A stretch of 63,473 nucleotides of DNA, filler included, from Choristocarpus tenellus KU-1152 (lineage: Eukaryota > Protista > Phaeophyceae): assembly GCA_964200185.2 (NCBI GenBank). It is 7 parts of 7 records of this genome, joined end to end, with 100 filler letters (N's around TTAATTAATTAA, not from the genome) between each part and the next. Parts side by side here need not be neighbours in the genome. Positions count along the whole stretch, not along the records: positions 13,078 to 31,380 come from CAXNAD020000564.1; 6 more parts are not named here. One strand, 5' to 3'. Of this stretch, positions 13,361 to 25,365 are shown piece by piece. The position numbers and the translations under genes are program-made. How positions within the stretch are numbered: the first letter of the stretch is position 1; every line of letters starts with the position of its first letter. Under the pieces are notes generated by a model. That model saw only the letters and a list, made by a program, of their open reading frames with translations, did not search any database and had not been told where the DNA came from.

Positions 13361-15161
13361 CTTGATTCGTTTAATAGTTGAGCCACCTCGGCCAATTAGG
13401 AGTCCAATTAGGTGAGGAGGGCACTCAATCATATGGCTCGTCACCTTCATGGGACACATGGGGCAGGGAAGGGGGGGGGGGGGTTACAACTTTATTGCAT
13501 ATTATTACATAGCTAAAGCATTCAGATGATACCATAACAGGAGCCAATATTTTCTAGGGGAAAGAGAAACAATCCATGTACGTAAAAATATAAAGTACTT
13601 GCCTTTTTATACATGGAGGGAAAAAATGTATTTTTCAATCCTAAAAGAATGTTAGAGAAACAATTACCCAATCGTATACAAATTTAGTATTTGAATATAT
13701 AAAACCTTTCACAAACTTCAACTTCAGCATGTTAAAAAATATATGACAATGCCTAGGGCCTACACATACCATACTTCCCACTATTGCAGTTTTGTAAAGG
13801 AACATGCAACAACGGCATACCTCATCCTCCACACCAGCACTGTTGACGTTGACCGGAGCCTTGGAAATGAGGTCTGCCACAAGGCGGGCGGCAGCATGTA
13901 TACGAGGCATATCAGCACCTGTGATGTACAATTTGAGGTCTTTTTGATCCACCCACATACCACATCCGCTCCGGTGCTGTGAAGGAATCCAGTGGAAAGG
14001 ATAACACATTCAGGGGAAAGGTCACATAAAGATGTGAGTGCTTGTGTGCACATGTTGCAGTCACAAATGAAGGGGAAAGGCAAACCAGAACAGACACTCA
14101 ACAGAATGGCGTATTTCCTTGCTGAGATATTGCACAGTTAAAACGAAAGGTGATAGCAGTCAAGGATGACCAAAGAAGTCCGTCAGAACGGGAAAACCTG
14201 TGGCTCATTGCACCTTCATCTCCTTGATGTGAGCTCCACTGCGCCCGATGACCCAACCCACAACCTCAGGTGCGATATCCATCACACAACGTACAAAGCC
14301 AGGAAACCTCTCCAACACGGTCGGGACTGCAGCGGCGGGTAATGCACTTGCCCCATGTGGGATTGACGCCAATGCCATCGACATGGTTTCGTCCGAGCCC
14401 GACCACGGAGCCATAACCCCGCGATCCCCTTGATCCCCCGGTCTGACCTGCCTAGACAATTGAGTATGCCCTTGGACCAGCCCTGGGCCCTGCCCTTGCC
14501 CTGGTATTGGCATCATTCCAGGTCCCATGACCGACACGACACCATTCGTGGCCGATCCCATTTCCTGAGCCTGACTTTGACTTTCCAGCATTAGGGTGGA
14601 CGGCATAAGTAGGGAAGAGTGGTCCGTCACACTCGTCGGCACTGAGGCGCCTTCACCAAACGGTGAGCGGTGCCGCACTGGGGCACCGTTGGGGAGAGAC
14701 CTCGTCCCCATAGGAGCAGCCCCTCCAATACCATTGTTGTGTCCTTGTCCCCCAGCAAAACTGGTAGCTCCATTTGTCGCAGGGGGGCCGTTCATTGCGC
14801 TGAAAGTGTGATGGACAGCCGTATTAGACATTTCAGGAGCATTAAAGGGTTGAAGAAACGGGGAGCCCTGTTGTCCAACACCACCTGTCTCGTGGTTGAT
14901 CCTGGTTTCCATAGTATTGTCACCAGGATGACCTCTGTTAAAGCAATTAGGAATTTTCCTCCTGGACACCAAGCCGTGGACAGCGATATCAGCGCGTGAG
15001 TCTTCACTCCCGCTCTCACGAGACTTTACGACCTTCCAGTTTTGGAGAGCGTCTACTGAGGCCCCCGAGTCGTCTCCAATCCACGTCCCCTCTGGAACTT
15101 GATATCCCCCCCAACTGCCACCACTCACGTCAGTGTCGCCGCTCTGGGGCACTGGCGGCAT
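13361..15161 (-). CDS. KH-domain RNA-binding protein (at least 2 KH domains; 3' end cut by the linker)
   Basis: Exons 14214-~15161, 13821-13976 and 13361-13444, all joined in phase 0. KH GxxG motifs MDIAPEVVGWVIGRSGAHIKEMK and MIECPPHLIGLLIGRGGSTIKRIK follow a long G/P/S-rich N-terminal region. The ATG at 15161 may not be the true start. Confidence 0.88.
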
Positions 15162-16623
15162 ACTCCTCAGCGCATGCCGTTCTAACCTCTAGCCTCAACT
15201 GTAGAGGCGTGGGACGGGGCAAGTCGAAGGCCCCCGCCCCGTCGATCTTTCACTTCTCCCTCAAAAACTCGAGTCACCAGACCAAATTTGATGATCGACT
15301 GGCTCTTCCCTCCCGTCCCTCCCCACAACTACAATAATGTATCACAAGCGATGGGAGTCGGATTAGCATACCCCACACTCTTGATCGCTGGTGAATGTGG
15401 TGGCAGACAGTGGCGGGGTATTGGTAAAAATGCCCCGTTGTTGGAGGGGTTGTGAATGTGTGGGACACAACCCCCAACCCTCCTGTAAGCAGCAATCCTC
15501 AAACGACACCACACAGTAGTTCGGTAATGGATGAAAAGGTGTGAAGAGGGACATATCAGATGTTGGTCCCTAAAGATTCTGGAGGAATTACTTCCGAGGA
15601 GCCCTCAAAATTGAACCGTTTTCGGCTCTTTGAGGACGACAACGCACGACAAAGGACAAATATTGACATTTCAGTATACTTTTAGTGTAGCATCAAATAT
15701 CGGAGATTGCTGTGGTTGACCAAAGCAAGTTCCTGCATTATATTTCTCTTTTTTTTCGACAATAGTCTTGAGGGAAAAAATTGGCAGAATGTCATGATAT
15801 AAAATATTACAGTAGTAGTATTGATGTTAACCTGAAGTATCGTGTGGTCTAAAAAATAGGAACCTTGAGTATAACAATAAGTACACAACTGGTCTGTTTC
15901 CAAGAGTACTTATAGGTTCCAAAAGACTTTCTCCTTATCCCCCATAGTTTTCTTATTTTATAGAAAATAGGTCACCCCTACCATTTCCTTGTCGCTCTTT
16001 TGTCTCCAACCCTAACCCTTCATTCATTTTTCACAACTATCATGGTTCTGCCTCGCTAGACCAATGAAAGGGAGTAATCCTAACAACATTGCTACTAGTA
16101 ATGTACTACGAACATCATATTATTAAATGTACCTCTTTGATTTGGATATCACATACGATCGAGGAGTCTAAGGCAGTTAGAGGTGCTTGGTTCCTGATAC
16201 GGCGGACCGGAAGGAACAACAAAATGTAGTCACTTCTGTGGAAGAAAGGCATGAAAGGGAGAGTATTATGAAGTCCAACGACTATCAAAGAAGAAAAAAT
16301 ATATCTCCACCTGGACTAGGTCCTACTGACCACACAGCTCAAATGGTATAATACTGTGGTATGTCCAGGCGATCCCTTCCTTATTACCTTCCAACTTGAA
16401 AATAATAGTAGTAGCCTCACTCTACCGTTCAGTGGTGCATTGTAGGGTTACCTTATTGTTGCATCTTGCCCTATGTTATAATCTTTCCTGAAGAAGGAAA
16501 ATTGCAGATTACATTTGGAGAACTCAAATCATAAATGCTTAGTGATACAAGCATACACATACTTCGAATATGTAATGGCAGTATCACATCTTACTGTCAA
16601 TACTTCTGTAAATAGTTGTTATT

Positions 16624-16652
16624 GGGTCAAAATATCTGGGGGGGGGGGGGGA
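16624..16652. mobile_element. MITE terminus (type-B-like)
   Basis: GGGTCAAAATATCTGGGGGGGGGGGGGG; no matching right end was found. Confidence 0.6.
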
Positions 16653-16907
16653 GGGAAGGGGTAGTGATTTGGCGTCGGTGGAAATTCAAAAATCACATGT
16701 CTTTTTTTTTGTGAGTGATTGATTGGTGTTGTTGTGACGTGGTGCTATTTTTTTGATAGTATTACCGAGTGAAATTTTATGGGAAAGTTTTTTTTTTAAT
16801 TATAGAGATCGTTCTTTGTGTAAAAAAAAAAGTTCAAGAAAATTGTGTGGGAGACTAGACTACCACTGTGCAATTTCGTTTCAGAAAAAAAAACAGTCTG
16901 CAGAGCT

Positions 16908-16955
16908 TTTAACCTTAACCTTAACCTTAACCTTAACCCTAACCCTAACCCTAAC
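16908..16955. repeat. Interstitial telomere-like array (TAACCT/TAACCC)n
   Basis: About 8 hexamer units read directly. Confidence 0.85.
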
Positions 16956-16997
16956 TCTCTCCCTTGAACTTCTCTCCCCTCCTCCCCTGCATTTGTT

Positions 16998-17037
<40 letters not shown>

Positions 17038-17043
17038 GACTAG

Positions 17044-17568
17044 CCTGATGTCTTGTCTCATCGATTGGAGCGTGTTGTGTTCTTACGGAGGTTTTTGCAT
17101 CACGTGGTTACAGCGATCAAGGCCGCTCACCTCTGGTGGATGTGCGGGAACCTTTGCCTCATGTACTGTTTTGGCTTCCGGGTCGCCAACACAGTAACCT
17201 TCTTTTGGAGCCTGGGGGGGGCTGCGCACGCGGTGCGGATTATTCTTTAATCTCTTATTTTTTAATCTCTTATTTTTTAATCTCTTATTTTTTAATCTCT
17301 TATTTTTTAATCTCTTATTTTTTAATCTCTTATTTTTTAATCTCTTATTTTTTAATCTCTTATTTTTTAATCTCTTATTTTTTAATATCTTATTATTTAA
17401 TCTCTTATTTTTTAATATCTTATTTTTTAATCTCTTATTTTTTAATCTCTTACTCAATCTTATTTTTCATTTTTTGGCTCTCTGTGTATGTGGAGTTGGT
17501 AAAGTAAAAATACATACGTAAAATGATTTTAATTTTAATTTTATTTTTTTGGTGTGTGTGTATGACTA

Positions 17569-17624
<56 letters not shown>

Positions 17625-19426
17625 TGAATTGGATAGAGTTGAATAAATAGCCCGAGGTGAGTCAGAAACAGATATGTTGTGGGTTTGGGTTGTGGAGAGT
17701 TTTTTTTTTTCAAGTTTTTTTTTCTGTTTTTTGACTGATACCTCTGAAGAAGTCAGAAAAGTGAGAACACATTTGTTCTACTTCAATTTAATTGTTATAA
17801 TTAAAAAACAAACAATATTTTACTGTTATTGTGATGATGATATGACGGAATGTTATTTTCTAATTGTTGTATTGTATTTAAATTATTTAATAATTTTATT
17901 CTCTAATTGCTACATCGTATTTAAATTATTTAATCATTTTATTCTCTAATTGCTACATCGTATTTAAATTATTTAATCATTTTATTCTCTAATTGCTACA
18001 TCGTATTTAAATTATTTAATAATTTTATTCTCTAATTGCTACATCGTATTTAAATTATTTTCATCATTTAATTCTCTAATTGTTGCATCGTATTTAAATT
18101 ATTTAATCATTTAATCTCGCACCTTTCTCGAAGAGTCGATTCTTTGATTGGAAAAGAAAAAAGAGGAGGGGAAGGACAATGGGAGTGAAATTTGGTAGAA
18201 TGTTTAAATTGAGAGTTATGTGTAACGGGCAATGTGATTAATATTGGAGATGATTCAATGCGGTAATGACATTTGCTAATTGCGTCAGAGGGGTATATGG
18301 TGTTGTGCATCACTATTGGATGCTCTCGATTGCACTGTTAACACCATTTGGAAAGAGTGGGAAAATGTATCATTCTCATCATGTACTTAGGTCTGTTAGC
18401 TGTTTGGGGTTTTTAAGGGAGTCCGTTCTTGAGTGACGAAAAATTCATGTCAAGAATTAAAAGGTGTATCTGACTTTTTTTTTTTCCTCCCAATGTTTTA
18501 TTAGAGGAAATGTATAGGAACAGGTGTGTATGTAATGGGAATAGGTATGCAGTTTAATTAATGATGGCGTGCAAGAAACCTATCCCGATCACCTTACAGA
18601 CGCCTGACAATGGTTGTGGAATTGGTTAATTCCACCTGTGGAGGTAAATACATAATCATGTCCTAACACTTGACTGACCTTAAGGCTTCTTTTGAAGTAA
18701 CTGGAAATTGCTCATTTCCTGTGTTGTTCAGTGGCTTCGTCCCAGAAAGTTCCCAGAAAGTACCCAGAAAGAACCCAGAAAGAACCCAGAAAGAGACCCT
18801 TTTTTCGTTGTTGCCCGTGACTAAATTAGAGGGCAACTACCAAAAACGTTTGAGTTGTTTTTTTAGGGTGGTGGTGGTGGGGGGGGAGGGGGCATACGGT
18901 AGTTGACTATGAGGGTGTACACTATTGTCAGGTAATGTAATCTCCTCTTTGTATTCGATTGGATTGGATGCCGTATGCTGTTTTGGAGCCCTATCCCCAA
19001 CCTTGCCTCCCGAAACCTCATCCCTAACCCTTATATATTCCTGTACCACTGCGCTATCCTATGCTCACCCCTATTGTGGGACTTGTCCATGGTGGACGCC
19101 TTGGATGTCAGATGAGAGCAGAGTGTCAGAGTCATCGCCTCGCCCGCGAGCTCGGGAGTGCATTTCCTGATGCCACTCCCCAGGAGCTGGCTGACATGCC
19201 TGAGGATGAAACTTGTGCGATATGCCTCAAGCGCATGGACAATGCCAAGAAGTGAGTATTGGTACTGTTGAGTAGTACTATAGTATGTGTTATTAATACA
19301 TACTCATAAGAACATATTGTACGCGTATTTATATGTGCTCATGGACGCCCCCCCCCCCAAAATGTGAATTGTTTTGTATCTAAGTGTGTACACTCACCCG
19401 TATATATATTGTGCTCAAGTAGGTAA

Positions 19427-19457
<31 letters not shown>

Positions 19458-20619
19458 AGTCTGCATATTGAGTTGCCCTGACCGTACATGCATGTAAATA
19501 TACACTGTGCTATTGTGAACCTCCTTGTGGAATAGAAGAAAAAGACACGAGTCTTGACTAATAGATGGTCCTTTGATAGATGTATTTGTTTCCTTGCTTC
19601 TTAGGGTTATAGGGCTAATGTAATACATATTCAACATGTTGTATGTTTTATTCTGCAGTAATGATAGTACATTAATATCAATATTGTAACAGTGTAATAG
19701 GCATGTAATAGTACGTTAGTATCAATATGATTACAGTGTAATAGCGATGCAATTCTTCAGGCATTTTTATCCCATTATACATTGGCACAGAGACAGACTA
19801 ACCAAGACCTCCCCCTGCCCCAGGCTCGCCTGCAATCATTTCTTGCATGCAAGTTGCCTCCGTCAGTTCCTGGACAGTGTAGCCTTCTCTCCTAAAGGAT
19901 ACCACTGCCCGCTCTGCCGAGCACCCATCAATTGGAAACCTTCCTCAGATAAGAATTCGAAAGTAGATACAGGCGTGGGGGCAGGAGCTGGGGTGGGGGC
20001 TGGGACTCGGACTTTGGTTGAGACGAGGACTGGGGTTGTTGAGGGGAATGACACTGGAGTGTATTCTTTTGGGAGTTTTCTTGAATGGTTATCTAGGCAG
20101 GCCCAGGGTGGAGAGACAGTGACTCCAGGGCAAACCACTCGTAATCCCAGATCTATAAACGAATATTTTGATAATGTGGTGGAAGCAAGAGCAGACGGGG
20201 CTGTGGGTGATATCAATGATGTTGATATTGGTGAAGGCGTGTTGGGTACTGTTGGTGCCACGAGGAGACCAGAGCAGGGTCGACGGATGATTGAGAGAAT
20301 CTCAGGTTCTCGTGGCAGGACTGAAGTGAATTCTAATGCAGTCTCTCAGCTCATGGAGCTCTTCCCACAGATGAATGCAGCAGAGGCCAGGCTGTGGGCG
20401 GAGGTCACTGGAGGTCAGGTGGCGATTGCGGCTGATAGGTACCTGATGCAGGGGGCTGGGCCACCGAGGGGTCCACAGCGGCAGGGGCGTGGTGTTGATG
20501 GGGGCAGTGCTGTGGCCTCTGGTGACTCTGATCTGGTTGGTGGAAATGGGAGTGTGGTCGGAGGAACATCTAGAAGTGCGGGCAATGGTGGCAGAAGGGG
20601 GCGATTAAGGAATCAGTAG
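17044..20619 (+). CDS. RING-H2 + CUE E3 ubiquitin ligase, gp78/AMFR(RIN2)-like; 5' part incomplete
   Basis: Exons ~19112-19251 and 19824-20619 splice to FPDATPQELADMPEDETCAICLKRMDNAKKLACNHFLHASC...CPLCR (C3H2C3 RING). A CUE-like segment NAVSQLMELFPQ...VAIAADRYL follows. A candidate hydrophobic exon at ~17044-17193 is less certain. Confidence 0.8.
17246..17452. repeat. 15-bp minisatellite (TTTAATCTCTTATTT)n, ~14 copies
   Basis: Read directly; it explains the NKRLK/LISYF pseudo-ORFs. Confidence 0.95.
17570..17622. repeat. (GT)n microsatellite
   Basis: Read directly. Others lie at ~17002-17036, ~9833-9857 and ~29114-29161 (CA then TA). Confidence 0.95.
17855..18113. repeat. 43-bp AT-rich tandem repeat, ~6 copies
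   Basis: Unit ATTCTCTAATTGCTACATCGTATTTAAATTATTTAATCATTTT starts at 17898, 17941, 17984 and onward. Confidence 0.93.
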
Positions 20620-22459
20620 TTGCAGGCACAATTTTGACCAGCTTGCTGAGAAGAGTGGGTGCTGTGAGTGCTATGGAGCAGCGGTTGGTTTGCCCTGGGC
20701 ACCAGTCTTCCGTTGTAACTGACCTGGGGTGTGACCATAGGGGGCCTCCTGTGGTTGGATGAGTGAGGGGAAGGTGGAGGTTGGAGGCGGAGGTTTTCCC
20801 AGAGTCTGGGTTGACTGTACAGAGAAGGAGTCAGTGCTTGTGTGGATAAGAAATAAAGGTACGTTTCCTGTGTTGCATGCAGCTGCTCTGTGTGAAGTAC
20901 AGTGACATTGTCGACTAGAGAGAGACTGACCCCATCCTGTTTGAATGAATCATAGGTTTGACAGTAATAAATAAAAGTGACCATCAGAAGAAGAAAAAGA
21001 GAAGAGTTGAGTAGTAGTTGAATGGTGATCGATTTTTGAAAGTAATGATGTGTTGATTGGAACATGATGGGTTTTGGTGTTCTACAATCAACCATGTATG
21101 TTCTAGGACTTTTTTTTTCTTTTCATTGCTTTTGCATTATATTCATTGACTTGAGCGTTTTTTTTAGAAGGGTAGAGCAGTGTATGTTCAAGAGGTGGAG
21201 GAAGGAGGCGTTGCTTAGGGGTTGAATGATGAATAGGTTTCCTCCAGGCCAGTGTCGTAGCACTACTTGTAATAACTACTCTCCCCTTGAGGCTTGGCAA
21301 CGGATTGTATGATGTGTTTGTGTTCGAGAGTGGGGTTCACGTATACAGTATGATGTTTATGTTGGGTTGTACTATGCATTAGTCTATCTGATAATATGAG
21401 TAATGTGCATTGTTGAGGGAGAGGCAGTGATGGCATCATCCCAGCTTGCATGGAAGGCGTTTGGTGTTCTTTCTATGATGATGGTAAGGTACGTTAATTT
21501 ATTAATAACGACAATCGAAACGCCTTTTTTGTTAGTGTGTCATTTTTAACCCCATCCATGCTCAGTGTCAGCAGTATTGTTGAACCAAGTTGAAATTTTG
21601 ACATCAAGGTTTTGACTTGATTGATAAGCAGGGTGGTAGTAGTGTTTTGAGAGGTGTTAGTATTATCCATGTCAAAAATGATGCAACCATAATGAGATGA
21701 AAATCGTTCAGTTTGCAGGTATAGCCCACATCACACATACACAATATATTTATTTATTCCATTCACACCAGGCAGTCCCTTGGCAGGGACAATGCATGGG
21801 ACCATAATGCTGTCAGGTATACAATGGTTTTGTTTTGCACCACAATTGAGCTGTGGTTGGCAGATCATGACTGATGGAAGGTCATTGCTGACATTTTTTT
21901 TATAAGGGAATTTGATTATCACCACCTTGTTCACACCTGTTATCTTTTTGTGGGATAAGCCCCTCAAATCAAGCAGTATGCCCAGTACACACTCTATTAG
22001 GGTCAGGGTTATCAAGTGCAATATACCTCTAAGTGCACTCTCTCATCCATGGTTTTAAGAAAAGGAAATTTAACAGAGCACTGACTGCAATATTTCTTCC
22101 ATTTTGTAGTATTAAACTCTTCCTCCGTTCGGAATTAAATATATGTAACTTTTGCAAGCTCTGTTCTCGCCTGGGAATGACCCACGTCATAAACCGTCTG
22201 GACGAGGCTTAGTTGTCATATAGATTGTGGGAGGCGTGCAGATTTTGATATGGTGGACTATCGTGACTGTGCAGGATCACCACTAAAAAGCCGACCAAGT
22301 CGTATTTGATGGGGTTCAAAAACCTTGTGAAACCGTCGAAGTGGGTGTTTATTAGGATGGCTAGGACCAAGGCCCCTTGTTGTTCGAGTGGCTCGCTCAT
22401 CCCGTCATTGCCTGTTGGTCCGAAATCTTCTGGCCAGAAGCCTGTCCGGGACCAGGACT

Positions 22460-23610
22460 CAAAACATCCTCACAAAGAACAGCGTGGTGGTGCAATGCCT
22501 GGAGGCGAGAGGGCACAAGAGTTGGATGCCTCAGATGATGGTGGCAACCATTGCCTAGGACTTCGGAATTTCGCGAATCACCGTGCTCCATCATCTGAAG
22601 GAGTATGGCAGTCAGATTGCACAGGGCGAATGCATGGACCTTGTATGACATCGTAGGGGGTGTTGTGGCCGCTGTACAAGTATCCTCGACATTTGGGATG
22701 TTCCATCGGCATACAGCACATCCGCAAATTAGAGTCCAAAGCTGGGGTCTCCCTTGCCTTGTTGTGGGATCTGTGCAAGAGCAAGAAGGGGAAGAAGGTC
22801 AAGCGGTGGATCAAGTCAGTCCTCTCAGACCACCAGAAAGTCAACAGGATGGGTTCTTTGTCATCAACCACATGCACAGGAGGGGGGAAAGTTAGTGGGC
22901 GATCTGTATGACTCGGTAGTTGAGGACGAAAAGTGGTTTTACATACTCAAAGATGGGCAAGGTCTGTACCTGCACTCTACTGAGGACCCACCCAAACCCT
23001 GAAGGGCACAGAATAAACGTTACAGTACGAAGGTGATGTTCCTTGCAGCTGTGGCCCGCGCGAGGAAGCTCTCCAACAGAGTGAGGTTTGATGGGAAAAC
23101 CAAGATCTGGTCAATCGTGGACACTGAGCTCGCTGAGTGCTTTAGCAAACACTGCCTCAAGGGAATCAAGGTGCTTGTGCCAGCCACGGTAGGTGGGGAG
23201 AGGTGTAAGAAACTCACGATCGAAGATGTGATCATGGCAATCAAGGCCTGCATGCCTAGGTCGGAAGGACACACCATCTTCGTGTAACAGGACCGGCCAA
23301 AGCAACACACCAAGGGTGGAAGCAGTCGAGAAGGTGGCGGGGGACGACACTGTCATAGGGATCCAGTCAGCCAACGCACTTGATCTCAATGTCAATTCCT
23401 GGGATTCTTTCATTCCATCCAGCACCTGAAGGAAGACGTGGGGATGACGAACAAAGGGACCTGGTGAGGGCGCAATGGAGGTGTTAAATTGCATCTTCAG
23501 GAGACGCACAAAGCATGTCTGGCAGAGCCTCTTCGCAGTCTTAGGTGAAGTGCTGGGGTTCAAGGGTGACAGCACCTTCAAAATTCCACATCTTAGCAAG
23601 GAAAAGGGTG
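22460..23610 (+). pseudogene. Decayed Tc1/mariner transposase, plant-type (Soymar1/Osmar-like, DD39D group)
   Basis: Motifs EDEKWFYI, NKRYSTKVMFLAAVARAR, FDGK.KIW, IFV*QD..KQH and LDLNV, then GDSTFKIPHLSKEK. In-frame stops at ~23000 and ~23285 and several frameshifts. Confidence 0.85.
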
Positions 23611-25365
23611 AAAAGGTGTGCAAGCTCGCCCCCGAATGCCCAAGTGGATGTAGCGAAATACCCTGCTCGAATGGAGTTTGATAGGCTTCGGGGGCGGAAT
23701 CATACTCCAATGTAGATAGGTGTAAGCTGCCTCATTTTGCTCGAGTTTTTGATTGCTACCTTACACTCTCTGCACAATACACAATCAAAATACCAAGATG
23801 GGAAAGAAATCTTGTTTCCTTCATCAGGACTGAGAATTTCATGTTGTATTCCTACCATTCGTATAAAGTAGGAAACGTATCTATTACTTATTATCTTGTA
23901 TTACAATTATGTGACGTACTGAAAAGATCGACTGGTTTAGATGATACGTACGTGTAAAAAAATACGACATTTGTTGTTTGTTATTACATGAAGTAAGTGC
24001 ACGTTTTGAGGTACACCGTCTAAGACTGCTACTACTACTGCTGCTACTGCTATTATTGCATCCAAGCAGATAGATGAAGAAATATCTTGAAGGAGGAAGC
24101 ACACTCTACATTCAGGCAGAGAGAGCATGGCTGACTGCATATTTACTGTCTCCACAAGTTTGAGAAGATCAGATCAGTACTACTAAGTGAAATAATAATA
24201 GTGTGGCAATAACTTGTTTGTGTGGACGTTGTGGATCATAACAAGGGATGATACTGGGAAATAATGCGCTGTCATAGAGGAGCTGGCAATCTTATTTTCT
24301 CTTGGTAGTGGATGTTACTGAGTAAATGGGACGTAATATTGTCTGGGATATTGAACAATTACTGTCCGAATAGGAGCAAACATTTTAGGGTAACACTAGT
24401 TTTGAGTGGTAAGTTGTCCTGGATGTGGGTGGTGTTTTTGGGGGGTTGGAGTCTAGGGTAAGGACTGGGTCGGATTTGTTTACGACACACATTAAGTGCA
24501 TATTTCAAAAAAGAAATCATTTGCAAAAGTTCACTGACACCCCTTGACCCCTTTGACTTGGCGACTCACAGTCAGTCTTATCCTAGCCCTTGACCAAAAC
24601 ATAAAATACTTGATATTGAAGACTTCAAGACTAACCCTAAGTACAATACGAAGTGATAGTAATATTGGGGAAGTAGGGAAGGGCGTTCTTGTCAAGGCAA
24701 CTATTGATCCGACTAGGTTACTGCACAAGCAGCATGATACCACCTTTAAGTAGCATCTTCTGAACCTCTACATATTACAATAAAAAAATGCAACACAAAA
24801 AAAGGCAGTAAAGAATCTGTGTTGTCACAAAAAACGTCCCCCTCGATAAAAAAAAGTTCAGTTTCTCATCACACGAGGAGAAAAGACGGAGTAGGCAGAG
24901 ACACGATGTATATTTGAATTTGCATTTGCAGCAGATTTTTTTAAATACTTGTACACGAGGTTATTGCTTCTCATCAATCACCTAAGCAATGGACAGAACC
25001 ACGAAGTAATTCACTGCACTCACTGATCAAAAAATTATTTATTCCTATGCTCAGTACAATTGGAAGAATGCTCTGCGTATTGTTATTATTATTAATATTA
25101 TCATCATCATTGTTACTACGAAACAACAGATTCTGATAAATCATGTCAGACTTTTGAAGAAATAAAAACACACGCACTTTAAATCTCTCATCAGATAAGA
25201 TCGCAACCTATACTACTTCCAAGTATAAGGTAAACAACGATCGCGACTATTCACACTCCGCCACACAACACGCACAAACATCCTAGCCAGAAACAATACT
25301 TAACAAACATAACATCACACAATTTTACCTATCTCAAAGAAACAACTACACCAGAGCCCCAACTG

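Noticed and set aside
17083-17507. ORFs with NKRLK / LISYF repeats
   Set aside because: They are translations of a 15-bp minisatellite in a probable intron.
17855-18113. 43-bp repeats as a CRISPR array
   Set aside because: The units are head-to-tail with no unique spacers, there are no cas genes, and the context is eukaryotic.
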